64,000 nucleotides of DNA from Octopus sinensis (Eukaryota), in contig NC_043004.1 in NCBI RefSeq assembly GCF_006345805.1, positions 15,128,001 through 15,192,000 of the forward strand. Reading direction: 5' to 3'. Below, one piece after another: positions 39,303-53,911 of this stretch. Position 1 is the first letter of the stretch; each line of letters opens with the position of its first letter. The position numbers were made by a program, and so were the translations under genes. The notes under the pieces are model-generated. The model made no database searches and was not told the DNA's origin. It was given only the letters and a program-made list of their open reading frames with translations.

Positions 39303-39498
39303 GGCACATGGCTCGAAATCTTTGGGGGAGGGAGCCAGTCGATTAGACCGACCCCAATAAGCAACTGGTACTTAATTGATTGACCTCGGAAGGATGATAG
39401 GTAAAGCCGACGTTGGAGGAATTTGAAATCAGAACGTAAAAACAGACGAAATACCGCCGTATGGTTCATTATTATAACTGGTAGCGTATAGGTTCGCC
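39303..39498 (-). mobile_element. SINE family 1
   Basis: AACTGGTACTTAATTGATTGACCTCGGAAGGATGATAGGTAAAGCCGAC..CAGAACGTAAAAACAGACGAAATACCG. Confidence 0.8.
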
Positions 39499-40372
39499 AA
39501 TAAGGGACAAGTATAAGAGAGTAAGAAATGATATCGTTGTCCGCTGCTTTCATTATCCGTCACTGTCGGAGGAAAATCTAATTTAAGCTTGGAAGAACTT
39601 GAATTTACTTCGTAGAACGAAGAATGAAGTAGTATGCATTTTATTCGCTGCTCAAAGACGTGTACAGTGACTTAGGAGTTTTAGTCTATTTAGCTTCATT
39701 GAACTAGAAAAACCATTTAGGTAATCCATCAGTTTAATGTAAAATATGTAAAATTGTACATATTATAGTGCACAAACATTACTATGTATTACTGTGCAAA
39801 AATACATATATGAATATACTGTATATATATATATATATATGTAGAATTAAAATTCGGATGGATATGGTACTTAAGTTGAGGCAGCAAGAATTAGTGTGGT
39901 ATTATCCGTACAATTTCAAAAAACGGTGAATAAAATCAAAGCAAGCAACAGGATATGATGCCCTTTCCTAACAGGCACTGCTCTATTGTCTTAGATTTTG
40001 ATATACAAAGATTTGATAAACTATGACTATAAATCAAAACTGACCCAAAATATCAGAGACAAGCTACAACCTTAACAAGTTTCTTTTTTCCTGATGTCTT
40101 AGTAGTTTCTAAGCTGAAGTGAAAACAGCTTGAACTTTGTCTTGTTACCCTCTTAGAGGATGTAAGTAAAATTAAGTAAAATCTTAGAGGATTTAAGTAA
40201 ACTTATACAAATGTGTCCGACAGTATAAATTAATTCTAATTATTTATGCACCTGCGGATAGCTCTGTATTTAAATTGATGTAATGATTGCATAGTTCAAT
40301 TAAATCGTTCCGCTTGAAACGGTCGTACTACATCACGTCTGAATATCCTGTTGCTTATTTTGATATATATAT

Positions 40373-40443
<71 letters not shown>

Positions 40444-41119
40444 GTGCGTGTGTGCGTGTGTATGTGTATATGTATGTGTGTGAATGCGTGTGTGTGTGTA
40501 TCCAAACTCGCACGTATACATATATTCATTTAGTACTGGTTCACCTATGTCTTTTAAAATATTTTCTGAATAATATTTTAGTTAAATTGTTAGTTGGAAC
40601 TCACTTCTTAAAATACTTATGAAAATTTAAATTACTGAAAAATACATAACAGTGAGGAGAGGAATAATAAAAAAAAATGTTGTAGATTAGGCGATATTGA
40701 ATGATATATATTTACGAAGATGACTATATTTTCGGTGAAAATATTTGATAAGTGACATTGATGATAGGAATGATTAAGCTTTAGGTGATGACGTTGACAA
40801 TTAAGAAATTTATAGTAACGATGATTATCATGTTAACGTGAAGAAAAATGATACGATCATTAGAAATATTTTCCAAACATTTTTACGACGTTTCGTGATG
40901 GGAAAACAACCAATAACTACTATTAATCTATTTTGTTAAAGTGTTGACTTCACTATTCTGAATGATATATTGTAACGATGACATTCACCTGAGGCCATAT
41001 TTTCATGATCATTTGAATTATTTGCCAGACGTTAGTAATTCATTGTAAACACATTTGAAAATGTGCAGGAAAATGTTTAGTGATGGGAAGACCACCAATA
41101 AGAATGCTATCTTTTTAAA

Positions 41120-41275
41120 ATTGTTTCAGCCGTTGTAATGCAGCCATGATGTGACGCCATCTTGGATAGCTGTTAACAAACAAATCGACCACATTATTTT
41201 TTTTTACGACAGATATCTATTATGGCGGTCTCGCTTTGCCGAATATCTAAGTTACGGGGTAGGCTTAGACTAACC
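41120..41275 (-). mobile_element. SINE family 2, diverged
   Basis: TGTTTCAGCCG..GCAGCCATG..CAAATCGACC..TTTGCCGAATATCTAAGTTACGG parallels 10391-10551. Confidence 0.6.
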
Positions 41276-41322
41276 AATTGCTAAGCGATTGTGTCGGACA
41301 AACACAAACACGCAAACACACA

Positions 41323-41360
<38 letters not shown>

Positions 41361-41737
41361 ACACACACACGAATACACGCACATAAATACATGCATATAC
41401 ATGCATATGGTGACCAGAGGCTAGCAATATATATTACACATAAAGGGTGCAGTGTTGCACCGAAAACCAGCTAACAAAAGATCTGCCTAGCGTTAAACTA
41501 GTAGTAACATGGAACAGACATTTTGATGTGGCAGCTTACGTTACAAATAGCTATTTTACTTGTTGCAAATCACTGACAGACGGTTGCTTTGTTTGCAATA
41601 TATTGCTTGTTGGAGGAGACCCGGACTATCAATCTGGTGACCAGTTGATTGCGACTGAGAATAAACCAGCCAGCTGAGTCAGTCGCACGATTCAGTTTTC
41701 TGGTACAAAACGGTAGGGGTTCGCTCCTAATGCCAGT

Positions 41738-42200
<463 letters not shown>

Positions 42201-42214
42201 TATGTGTATGTGTA

Positions 42215-42355
42215 CATATTCGATGGGCTCTTTTCATTTTCCATCTACCAAATTCACCCAAAAGGCCATGACCGGCACAGGACTTGAGTAGATGACACCC
42301 GATACATTACGGTTGGAAAGCATGTTTCTTACCACACAGCCACGCCTGCACCTGA
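42215..42355 (-). mobile_element. tRNA-headed SINE 5' part (further family)
   Basis: minus strand reads GGTGCAGGCGTGGCTGTGTGGTAAGAAACATGCTTTCCAACC...TTGGTAGATGGAAAATGAAAAGAGCCC. Confidence 0.7.
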
Positions 42356-43131
42356 TGCGAGCCTTACTATACAGGATGTCATTGACATAAAAGCTTATAT
42401 TTATCCAAGGAATAAACATGGAAGGAAACAACATTAATGGCAACTCGTTATTCGAAGTGAGGATGTAAAAGAATGCAACCATGTCACGTGAGGTTAGGAA
42501 AAGTTCTGTTATCTACCCACAAAATGCTAGCACCGGAATTAGCAACAGTTACACAATAGCATCTGTAGCAGCTTGATATTCATCTGACCTTGAAGAGAAG
42601 ATACATCTCAGATAATGGAGTAATTTAGAAAACTTACAGTATTCCTTGCGACGCATTAACATTTGGCGTCTAAACCGGATGTAAGATTACTATATTATTG
42701 AATCAACGGATGTCGTCTCTACTGTTATCACTCTGGGACAATTTTGTTAAGCAGTAAAACGTGCAATTGAATATTTTAATGTCCGATATACATTTAGATA
42801 TATATATACGCATAAAATGGTTATCTGACAGGTAAACGCAAAACCTAACAGCATATAACTGCATACGCATACAAAAAGTTACTCACTTGCATATACACAC
42901 ATTCATAAGTAAAAATATATTATATAACTATATATGTGTGTGTGTTTGTGTGTGTATATGTTTATATACACGTCTACATGTTTTAAATAGTCTACGTATA
43001 CAAATATTTATATGTATATGTATATATGTATGTATGTATATGTAATGAAACAAGTAGGTATTAGAATTCTACTTTATATAAGTAAGCTTCAGATAAGTAC
43101 GCAAATGTTAAAAGATTACAATTCTTTCAAG

Positions 43132-43295
43132 CAAAGGCACAAAGCCTGAAATTTTGAGGGAGAAGGTAGTCTATTTTGGGAACACTAAAGTTCAACTGGT
43201 ACTCATTTTGGTGATCCAAGGAAGATGAAATGCAAAGTCAAACTTGGCAGAATTAGAACTCAGAACGTAAAGTTGGACGAAATACCGCTAAACCT
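43132..43295 (-). mobile_element. SINE family 1
   Basis: CAACTGGTACTCATTTT..GATGAAATGCAAAGTCAAACTTGGCAGAATTAGAACTCAGAACGTAAAG..GAAATACCGCTAA. Confidence 0.8.
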
Positions 43296-43382
43296 CCTTT
43301 GTAAAAAAGGTTAATGTAAGAAATATTACCTGCTTGAACTTAGGTTACGCATATGTACATATATATGTATGCTTATATATAC

Positions 43383-43451
<69 letters not shown>

Positions 43452-45017
43452 ATTAAGTCATCTTTCTTTCTTTCCCTGACCGTCTGCTAATACTTTACAT
43501 GTACCACGTCCACAATACACATATACTTTTATATCACCACCAGATATGTCAGTCTACGATTAAGAGCAATCAGAGATGCACCATAAACAGCAGTGTTCCT
43601 TTAGGGTTCCCTCGGATACTATGGTCAGTACCGATGTTTCTAGCGGGTGACGAATATTGGCTGCGACTATCTGACGACCCCTATCTTATATGAAATCATC
43701 CAGCCATCTCCTAGTTTTCCTGTGATACCTAGGTCAGGCTGTTTGTTACATATATACTCGTTATCAACTTTGTCTAATCCTCAGTAAAGTCAAGATGTAT
43801 TCGTACATAAATTTTTAATCTGTTGTTCAGTACCCAGTAATAACATAGGGTGCCTCATTTCTCGACAGAAGCCACGCCGTGTGTTACTGAGCAAACAATT
43901 CTTTGCTAGGTACGGGATCTGCAGTTAGAGAGATATGTATATACATGCTCACATCCACTCATACTCATACATGCATGCATAGTATAGACAAACACACACA
44001 CACACAAACATACACTCACACTAACGCATCTACAGCATCGGAAAAATGTGCAAGCATGTGTGCGCGAGAGAGAGAATGTGTATGTAAGTGTTTGAGTGTG
44101 TGTGTGTGGATGTGCGTGTGTGTTTGTGTGTGTGTGTTTGTGTGTGTGTGGATATGTGTGTGTGTGTGTGTGTGTGTACAAAAAGTAAGAACGTGCATTT
44201 CCTGTGAATTGGTAGAAATTTGCCTCTCGGTACATGATGTATTTTTTATTTATTAAGCTGAGTATCAGAAGTATGAGAAATCAAATTTTCTAAATCAGTA
44301 TTTTCATGAATTGGAAGCCAGCGCCTTGAGTGAATTTCTGTAAACACATATCTTTTCAATTTCTGGCACATCAGTTTTGTCACGTTAACGTAATAGCGTA
44401 ATAGAGTGATAATTTTCAGTTTATTACACTGTATGTAATATATCGGCTTATGAAAGCTGCAATCATAAATCACATGGAAAAATGTGGACGGAAAATTGCC
44501 TTCGTGTGCCTCAATGTATATGACATGCACGATTTGCCTCGGGTTACAGGCTCAGATTAAATTATCAGAAAATATACTAGAAGGAATACATCATACTTTA
44601 TGTGTAAAAACATCTTCATAATTATGGTAAAGTATATCGATCCAATGACAGCAATTTCACTTTCTTCGAAAAGTTATCGTATCTCTCGAATATTTTTTTC
44701 AGTTTAGTGGATAATGGCCCCATATTAGAAAGAGATTGATGAACTAAATATTTCGTGTATTTTGCATCTTATGATTTCGTTTCGAGTTAAAGCATTATTA
44801 TGGATTTCTTCCTTACGCATACGATCGAAGAAAAAAAGTGGCTGCAACTCATTCAATGTACGATGAACGTTTTCTTAAAAACGCTCCATATATGTTTGAC
44901 TTTTTGAATGCGCGCAATAAAGCAAGTGGTTATTCCGAATATTGAAATATGCAGAGGTAGTTACATGTAAAATTATAAACATATCACAAAACTACTCTCC
45001 TACATTTAATAATAATA

Positions 45018-45065
<48 letters not shown>

Positions 45066-45169
45066 TAATAATAATTTTCTCTCTGTCTTTCTTCTCACTG
45101 TTCTCTATTACATTACCTAGTAAATTATCAATATGGTGTCTATTAATGGCTTATATAGGTATAACGTGA

Positions 45170-45292
45170 GTTTCTCCGTCCTAGGTGCCAGGAACAAAGA
45201 GTAAGTCCTGGAGTCGAATTGCTTGACTAAACGCCGTGCTCCCGCATGGCCGCAGACAAACGACAGAAGCAAGTAAAAGAATAAAAGAACAT
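45170..45292 (+). mobile_element. SINE family 2 3' tail
   Basis: AAGTCCTGGAGTCGAATTGCTTGACTAAACGCCGTGCTCCCGCATGGCCGCAG..AAGTAAAAGAATAAAAG. Confidence 0.8.
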
Positions 45293-45308
45293 ATATATAT
45301 ATATATAT

Positions 45309-45353
45309 ATAGGTTGTACGTCAGTAAACGTACACACAATATCTGTGTGTGTT

Positions 45354-45401
<48 letters not shown>

Positions 45402-45446
45402 AACACACACAGATATTGTGTGTACGTTTACTGACGTACAACCTAT
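45309..45446. repeat. 138-bp palindrome centred on (TA)n
   Basis: ATAGGTTGTACGTCAGTAAACGTACACACAATATCTGTG... is mirrored exactly apart from one GT unit. Confidence 0.95.
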
Positions 45447-46979
45447 CGTTGTACTTGATGTTTGCGATTTTTATTAAATTTACTATGAATAAAGCTACAT
45501 GTTAATAGTGAATCATTAACAGCACGACTGCACTGGTTCTTGCCAATAAAATAAAAATAACACAATTTGAAATTTCGAATATTCTAGCAGATTAAAATAC
45601 ATGTAAAACCTTCAGGTTTGGAATTTCAAATTGTTTCTTTCTATCGTTGTATCTTGTATCCTTCTGTATACCTTTGATTTGTTCTTGTTTACAGTATTAT
45701 AAACCACGCTGTCTTAATACAGTTTGTATAATTAACAACATATCACGACTTTAATTTGACTGATAAAAAATCTCAGCTGTTTTTACTGAGTATAATTTAC
45801 TAAACTGTATGCTATTGACAAAATTAATTCTGATCCTCAGGGCGTTTCAGTTTGCAATGACAACTAAATCTGCAACTTATCTTAATTTCATAAATATTAC
45901 GTGTGTGCCATTCTATTTCAACGTCGTTAATATAAACTCTTGTTGGTTTTATATAACCCGCTACAGATTTCGTGAAATATTTAAAGTAACAGTTTCTATC
46001 TAATGACAATATTGAACAAAACAGAACGGGTATATTTTAAAATTTGCAATGCCGTTAATATCTATAATGACCATTATGCTGTAAATATTTAACTTATGCA
46101 TTTGTCAACAAATGCTAATGAAAATTCTACCATCATCAAAACCACCACCATGACAACCACAAGGACAACCACCGCCGCCACCATCATTACCAATGCCAAC
46201 AAGAACAATAATAAAAACTAATAGTTTTAATCCTTACTACAAGTCCTTAGTGAACATTTCTGAATACATATCTGTGAAGCCCTTGGGCTGCCCTCCAAGA
46301 CAAGGAGCAGGCTTCTTGCAATCAGGTGACGCCAACAGTGCATTCGCTCTTGTTACTGGCTTCTTGCAACAAATTGCAGTAAATTAATCATTGCTACTAA
46401 TAAGAATAATATAGTATTCCTTATAATTAAAAAAAAAACTGGAAAGAAGAATGATAAAATTTGGTAAAGCAGGGGGAATAATAAGAAATTATATTCCAGG
46501 GTGATTGTAAGCAATAGAAATTGTACGAGTTACTAATGCTTTAGTAAATATGAAACACCATTCGAAGAAAAATTTGTCGCTAAAGCCAGTGAAGTAGTTA
46601 TTGAGAAGTTCATATATACTACGGTAGCAAGACGATGGCTAAATGGGTAGACTTTATAGTTTACAGAAATGAAGGAAAAGAAAGCCAATCTTGCGACTGG
46701 AATATGATTTAGCAATGAATAATGAAAGCATTCTCCACATGATATTTAATATTTGCGTTAGTGTTTTTTTCTCATTGATATGGAAAATATCAGTCGAAAT
46801 CTTTTCTCACTGATTTTATTCTTTGTTTGCAAAACTATGTTTTCTTCCTGGCTTTGCTTACATATTCTTGTGTTATTCAACTTGTTAGCGATTTATACGC
46901 CTATATTTTTCAGCATGAAAATGTATGTATGTACACTGATGTCAGTATAAAAGTTTATACATATATAAGTAGCAATAAT

Positions 46980-47354
46980 ATTTAGATTCCTAACTACGAT
47001 TTAGATTCCTAACTACTCCCACATTTTGCGGTACAGTTTAACCAAAACCGGGTATCTTATTGTCGAGATGCATATCGAGCCCTTCTGGGTATTAGCGCGC
47101 GCGTCTACGATGAGGCTACGATTTAAAAAAAAAATTACCATCTTTTTTCCATTTTAATGCATTTTTTCGCTATTATATAAGGGAAGTAACTCTCTAAAAA
47201 TGCCTACGATAAGTCAATGATTAAAAAATAAATTACCATTATTTTTTTCCATTTTTAATGCATTTTTTTGCTATTTTTTGGCTATAACTCTCTAAAAATG
47301 CTTATATAGTTATTTCCCTTACAAACCCGAGCAACGCCGGGCAAAACTGCTAGT
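46980..47354 (+). mobile_element. non-autonomous Helitron-like element
   Basis: 3' end hairpin CCCG(A)GC-AAC-GC-CGGG (47326-47341) followed by CTAG|T (47350-47354); internal tandem duplications; 5' TC end not located. Confidence 0.75.
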
Positions 47355-47702
47355 AAATAATAATACGCAAAGATATTGACACGATGAATTGCATAATATG
47401 ATAACGTTATTGGTTGCATTGAATATACACCTATGGATACATTTATAAGCTCCGTCACATAAAAGCTTTAATGAGTTAAAAAAGAAAATTGCTGAAGACG
47501 AATGCAGAAGCTATAAAAGCAATTTTATTTAAACCTCTGCGTAACTCAGACATACACACATATACAGAGAGAATTGTCTACAAACATGCAAATAAATTCG
47601 TATATAATTTTACATGTATTATATATACTAATACAAATGTACGCATGTATTTATGTGTATATATGCGTATACATGCATGGATGTATGCATATATGTTTAT
47701 AT

Positions 47703-47761
<59 letters not shown>

Positions 47762-47775
47762 TACATATATATATT

Positions 47776-47827
<52 letters not shown>

Positions 47828-47854
47828 ATAAATGTGTGTGTGTCTGTGTTTGTG

Positions 47855-48105
47855 TGTGGAGGTGCCTGGAATAGTGGTGAGGGTGTCAGTATCATGATCG
47901 CAAGATTGTGGTTTCCATTCCTGGGTCGGGCGACGCGTTGTCTTCTTTAGCAAACCACTTCATTTCACGTTGATCCAGTCCACTCAGCTGGCAAAAATGA
48001 GTAACGCTGCAATGGACTGGCGTCCCATCCAGCCGGGGAACACATATGCCATAGAAACCGGGAAACCGTGCCCATGAGCCTGGCTAGGATTTGAAAGGGC
48101 GCATT
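47855..48105 (+). mobile_element. tRNA-headed SINE with tail shared with family 3
   Basis: GAGTAACGCTGCAATGGACTGGCGTCCCATCCAG...CATGAGCCTGGCTAGG tail matches 60742-60840. Confidence 0.8.
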
Positions 48106-48110
48106 TATAT

Positions 48111-48146
<36 letters not shown>

Positions 48147-48186
48147 CATATGTACACCTGATTGACAGATATTGTTTTCTAATCCT

Positions 48187-48385
48187 GTCACAAGGCCCGA
48201 AATTTTGGAGGATGGGTCTAGTCGATTAGATCGACGGCAGTACAAAACTGGTACTTAATTTATCGACTCCGAAAGGATGAAAGTCAAAGTCGACCGCGAC
48301 GGATTTTGAACTCAAAACGTAAAGACAGACCAATTACCGCTAAACATTTCGTCGGCATGCCAACTTTTCTGCCAGCTCACCGCTT
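48187..48385 (-). mobile_element. SINE family 1
   Basis: AACTGGTACTTAATTTATCGACTCCGAAAGGATGAAAGTCAAAGTCGAC...TTCTGCCAGCTCACCGC. Confidence 0.88.
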
Positions 48386-49564
48386 TCTGATGGACATATA
48401 TTATTAAACAGATACGAGTGTGAATAAAAACATCTATTAAAATATATGAAGACTTAGATAGACGTTAAACAGAGAGACAGAAACGCAGATGGATGCTTTG
48501 ATAAGAAACAAAATGACAGTAATAAGGATAGAAAAATGTGCATAAATGTAGTTATGTAGGTAGACAGCAATGAAACGTTAGCAAGACAAGCAGTGGAATG
48601 ATTTGATAAATAGGCTGATATATTAATCAATTCATGGGCATCCAAAATGACAGGTAGATAATAAATTGATCGACCAATGAACAAGATGATAGATAAAAAT
48701 GCGGTTATATTTACTGCATCCAGAGGGAATATAAAATAGCGTATTCCAAATGCTTACAAGCATTCCCAAAACAGGTGAATCGTTAACTTGTGTTTGTATT
48801 TTCTACGATGGTTTGCAATGTAATTAGTCTGGAAATGAGAAAGGGAGCCAGTACCAAGTAGCAGTATAGGTTACATGGTAAAAACCTAATTGTAGCCTGA
48901 AGTTTTTATTTTTTATTTTTTTTTTTGCAAAATAAAGAATATTGTGTTGCATTTGTGCAATGTTAGGTAACGGAATAAACATATCTACAGAAATAATGGA
49001 AAAAATGTCTAGAGTAGATTTTCCAATGTTGTTGTTTACTTTACTACAAAACGCCACATATCATCAGTGACATTAGAATGACACCTGTATCATTAGGTGG
49101 TTGACTGAAGCTCTTATTAGGAACACTGAAATGAGACAAAATCCGATTATTTTATTTTCACGTATTGCCTAAGTAGTGTATACATATATGACTTTGGAAT
49201 AGGAATTTATTTCTGAGATTATGAATATAAGGATTATGAACGAAACCTTGCGAATAATATTATCTAGAATAGATTAGACAAGAAACATCGTTTATAATTA
49301 TAATCCAAACGAAATACTTAGAATATCAAGAGGAGCTGAGGCTGGCGGTATAGATATGTACCAGATTGATAGCAAAAATGCCTTCACAACAACAGCCATG
49401 TGTTCACACTAAATAGTTTCTACTTAACTGCCAACTTAAGTAGATTTAAGCATATACTATATAGAAATGTGTTTTTCTACTGTAAGCATCGATGTCATTA
49501 TAATGTAAACATAGATAATGCTCTATAAGTAGCTAATAATTAATTTTTACGTTCATACTGAATT

Positions 49565-49595
<31 letters not shown>

Positions 49596-50094
49596 ATTTG
49601 ACGTATATGCGTATGCTTGTATATATTCAATACATAGGTATATGGATGCGGATAAATATGTGTAAATATATATATAAATGTATGTGTGTATGTACGTGTA
49701 TGTACGTTGTGTATGTGTGTATATACGTTTGTGTACGTATATACGCACATATATAGCATAGAACAACGACCACAAATCAGTGGAATGAATTTGAACGACA
49801 ATGACGAACAAAGCGATGAAGAATAATGTACAAAATACATTTTGCCAAACACTGAAAATATTTCTGTTCCATGACAGGGCACACAAACGCCTAGTAGCCA
49901 TTTCTTCTGGATCTGAATGAGAAGGAGTGTTAATTTCAAGAATCAAGAATTGAAGTGACATTCGGGTGATGATTTTTGGTTTGTGCTCAAGGTGACTTGT
50001 GTTTGTTTCTGCTATAAGAATAAGCCCTATCGGGACAGTAATTGCATTTCATTCACGACGGCAGTTCATATGACTTAGTCATATACAGAGTCAG

Positions 50095-50320
50095 GCTGGC
50101 AGAAACGTTAGCACGCCGGGCGTAATGCGTAGCCCTATTTCGTCTGCCTTTACGTTCTGAGTTCAAATGCCACCGAGGTAGATTTTGCCTTTCATCCTTT
50201 CGGCGTTGATTAAATAAATACCAGTTACGCACTGGGATCGATATAATCGACTTAATCCCTTTGTCTGTCCTTGTTTGTCCCCTCTATGTTTCGCCTCCTG
50301 TGGGCAATAAAAAAATAAAT
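50095..50320 (+). mobile_element. SINE family 1, well preserved
   Basis: GCTGGCAGAAACGTTAGCACGCCGGGCG...TTTGCCTTTCATCCTTTCGG..TACCAGTTACGCACTGGGATCGAT; reverse complement is close to 60312-60542. Confidence 0.92.
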
Positions 50321-52148
50321 ACTTATTACGTAGAGTAATTTGCAAGATTACAATGAAAGTGAGAGTAAAAATATAGTATGGTTAATTGTGTAAAGATGGA
50401 GGGAGGGAAGTTGTTGTAATTTTTTTTTGTGAGACATGCCGACGGTGCATTTACAATTTCAGATGAAAGCAGTGATGATATCGTGCTTTATTCAGTATTA
50501 TTGATACTTGTATAAGACACGTAAATTGCAATCGATTAACATATTACAGATGGCACGATTTAGAAATCTCTAGATTGAAAATTGTCAAAGATTAATTTCA
50601 CCTGCACTGTTTCTCAAGATGATACACTACTTAAAGAAATATAAATCACTGAGATTACTTCAATCGAGAGTACTTAATCTGCTTTTATGTAATTTAAAAC
50701 TGGCTCTTTTTCAAAATCATCTTTTGGTAAGATGGAAGTCATTTGTAATATTATTGTTTTACTGTAACGTCTTTAGTGTCCCAAATGACGAGATTTATGA
50801 AGGAAAGAAGATTATATTAATCAATCTGAGAATATCGCTTGGGTTTCAAAATTGATTATTAGGAAAAATATGTACAGCTATTTTCATAGTAAAATTTACA
50901 TTTTACACATAGTAGAACAAAGTAAAATGTAACAGATTATCTAGTTTATAATGTTTTAGGTACCACTTAATTCTATCAGAAACCGTGCAATCTCCTTATA
51001 ACATATATGACATGTTCACTTGATTTAAATAGGTTTTTACAAAATTACAAACATAAGTGGTATTTATAATTAAAAAAAAATTAATATGTTCAATAATTTA
51101 TAGGGTTTTCTTCATATTTAAAACAGTCTTATTCACATTTCCATGCAGCCTGCTTTGTTTGTGTATTATACATTTAACAGAAACTAATCTATAGCAACAC
51201 ATACATGTGGTAAATTTCAATATCTTCCTTTTCGATCAGCTTAACATTGTTACTCTGTTCTATCACACTTTAAAAACTTGCTCATGTCCCATATGTCATA
51301 TACAAACGTATTGAGCAATATATAATCTGGATATGTTCACCGATGTAATAGCATGTTGAAAACAAACTTAATTGTGTCCATTATGCTGTTTCGATGAGTA
51401 GTACACACATAATACCTGAGATTTTCTCTTCCGTATTTTATATATAAATTCGTTATCCGGTCTCTAGTGCGGTGTAAAGCAGTTTGTATCTCCGTGAGAT
51501 TGAACGAGTAAATTATTTCCATATATTGCAGGAAAAGGAAATATTATAGACAAAATTCTACACTGAAAACCATCACATTAGCAGCCATTATTTCCAAAAG
51601 TTAAACTGATACAAATCTCACCTGAGCAAATAGATTCATATATTTTCTGCAAGACAATTGTTAAACGTTGACTCAAGAAAAATAGGTTTTTCACGATAAG
51701 ATAACTATACTTAGTATAAAGGATCTTGTTTTAGTTTTGCGTCCCTTGATGCAATCAGTAACTCACTCGAAGCTACTCTAATGATTTAAAACATTTTTAC
51801 GTACTGACAGACTAAGAAATATTAATATGAAATGTAATTCGGCCAAGTAACACGTTTTTCCTATAACAACAATCTCACTTAGGGTTTCTTTATATTTTCA
51901 TTATATTTCAGCTACGATGAGTTTTGAAATGTGTATGCGTTCAGAAATATATTAGTAAATATTTATGTATAAAATCTATGTTGTTGAACGCATATATTAT
52001 AGTATACATACATATACAGAGTGCAATGGGTCGCCATTTAATACTTTAAATTTCGCGCATACGCATTATTTGTTTTTATTTTGTCGACTACAGGGTAGAG
52101 TAGGGTAAGTTGGGCACCGTGTGTGAGAAAAAAACAGCACTATGACGC

Positions 52149-52375
52149 AATTCACTCCACCAGATATTTGAGAACGACACCTTTAAACGGATTCTGGAGA
52201 GATTTATTCAAGGAATACCAGATAAGCCATCTATACCTGGATACAACTAACTACTTGAATGGACCATAAGCAAAACTAGACTTAAAAAGTATTTAGATAA
52301 TCCTATTTGGTGGTGCTGTTAAGTTAGACATGGCCTGGATCAATCATTGGTCGAAACATACCTAAGTTTTATCTA
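52149..52375 (+). mobile_element. LINE (CR1/L2-group-like) 3' end
   Basis: NSLHQIFENDTFKRILERFIQGIPDKPSIPGY resembles the FNSLP...FKxxLDxFLxxIPDxPxxPGY C-terminus of APE-type LINEs; short 3' UTR follows. Confidence 0.7.
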
Positions 52376-52426
52376 AGTTCTAAGTTTTATGTGTATATAT
52401 ATATATTTATATATATATATGCATAC

Positions 52427-52461
<35 letters not shown>

Positions 52462-52576
52462 TGTATGTATGTATGTATGTATATATAGATAGATGAAAAC
52501 AAACGTATGTGTATGTACAAATGTAGAGAATTATGGATGTATAATGCAGCCATACACACTGAAGATAGATATTTTT

Positions 52577-52635
52577 CTACCCCTGGTTCGAAGGGAGTGT
52601 TGCGCGTCAAGTTGGCCCTCGAAACATGTAGGCAG
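52577..52635 (+). ncRNA. strongly degenerate minimal hammerhead relic
   Basis: CTACC..(CTGGTTC)GAAGGG...CCCTC-GAAA-CATG-TA-GGCAG; palindromic ACATGT stem III and partial stems I and II survive, but the CUGANGA box is lost. Confidence 0.3.
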
Positions 52636-53911
52636 AAACTTCAGTAGCAAGCGATGACGCAAAAAAATTAGCATAATTTACACAGACATATGCACGTACG
52701 TACATATACGCACACATTCTCTTTCAGATGCATGCGCAGTCATGCACACGTGCGGACACACAGACACAGACAAAAGCACAGGTATCATGTAAAAGGGTAG
52801 CCAGTTTCAAAGATATTCACGAATATTTAGCCAGATATGCATGTTCATTCATGTATATATGTCTCTCCCTTTGTTTGAGTATATGTATAGACTTGTACAC
52901 ATATATGTGTGTATACGTCTGGGATTACACCAATAATACGTACACAAACACCCACACAAACGTAGACACACATACGGAAGAATACATGACTGTTGCAAGA
53001 GAGTTACATTGTGGATCTATGCAAATGAGTATAAAATTTTAATGATATTTATAGAACGTTTCTCACATAAATTTATACCTTGTCTTTGATAAAAACAATA
53101 GCTATTTAGAAAAATAAAAAGGTATCTTGTGTTGAGAGCCACCTACATAATGTGACATATGTTGACAACGCCACTAAAAGACATTGAATATTTTAACTGT
53201 CTATTTGAAAGGTTATATCTGTATGGCTTGTTAGGCGACATTATCAATTAGTAGTTGATAGCATTGTATATTCACCTAATGAATTACTATAGAAAGTGAA
53301 TATTGCAGTCATTTAATATTTATTAAACTCTTCAACCAGACACGTTGGCAGACATATAATTATGTTCCCAATATTATGTGTGTGTGTGAGCAAGTGTGTG
53401 TATTTCAGTGTGTGTGCACTCAGATTCATACACTCTTACGCAGATTTATATGTGTTTTGTATTTATGAACGAATTAATCTGTGTGTGTCTGTGTGTGAAG
53501 ATGTAAATACACCTGTGTGTGAGAGTATATGTGTGTTTATGATTGTACAGGAATGGTACCGATGTATATCTTTGTATATAATCGTGTAACAATCCATAAG
53601 TCATAAAATATCTGCACTCCCATTTATATCTTTTGAGTGGCCAGATTTTTGCCGTAACTGCCATACCTAATGAGCCCAGGGTTCTAAAATCAAGCTGTTA
53701 TCTAACAAGAAACTGAACCCCCAGTGCAAAATTGATTGGTCAGATCGGCCGTAATGGATATATAGTACTGAACACTTCGATTAATATCCTTATATTAATA
53801 TTTAATGATATGTATTTAGTAATATGTATACATAAGTGTGTGTATATAAAGACACACTCACATGCACATATGAATGTATGTGTGTGCGTATATATATATA
53901 TATATATATGT

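Noticed and set aside
43560-43700. NQRCTINSSVPLG as a possible LINE RT (SGVPQG) relic
   Set aside because: A single weak motif with no flanking RT motifs
49533-49961. 142-aa minus-strand ORF with a signal-anchor-like stretch
   Set aside because: Half of it is microsatellite, the overlapping frame is equally hydrophobic, and there is no convincing splice donor
50619-50726. 108-bp segment with good acceptor and donor, open in phase 0
   Set aside because: No recognisable protein and no compatible neighbouring exon; the segment at 59585-59659 has stops in all three frames
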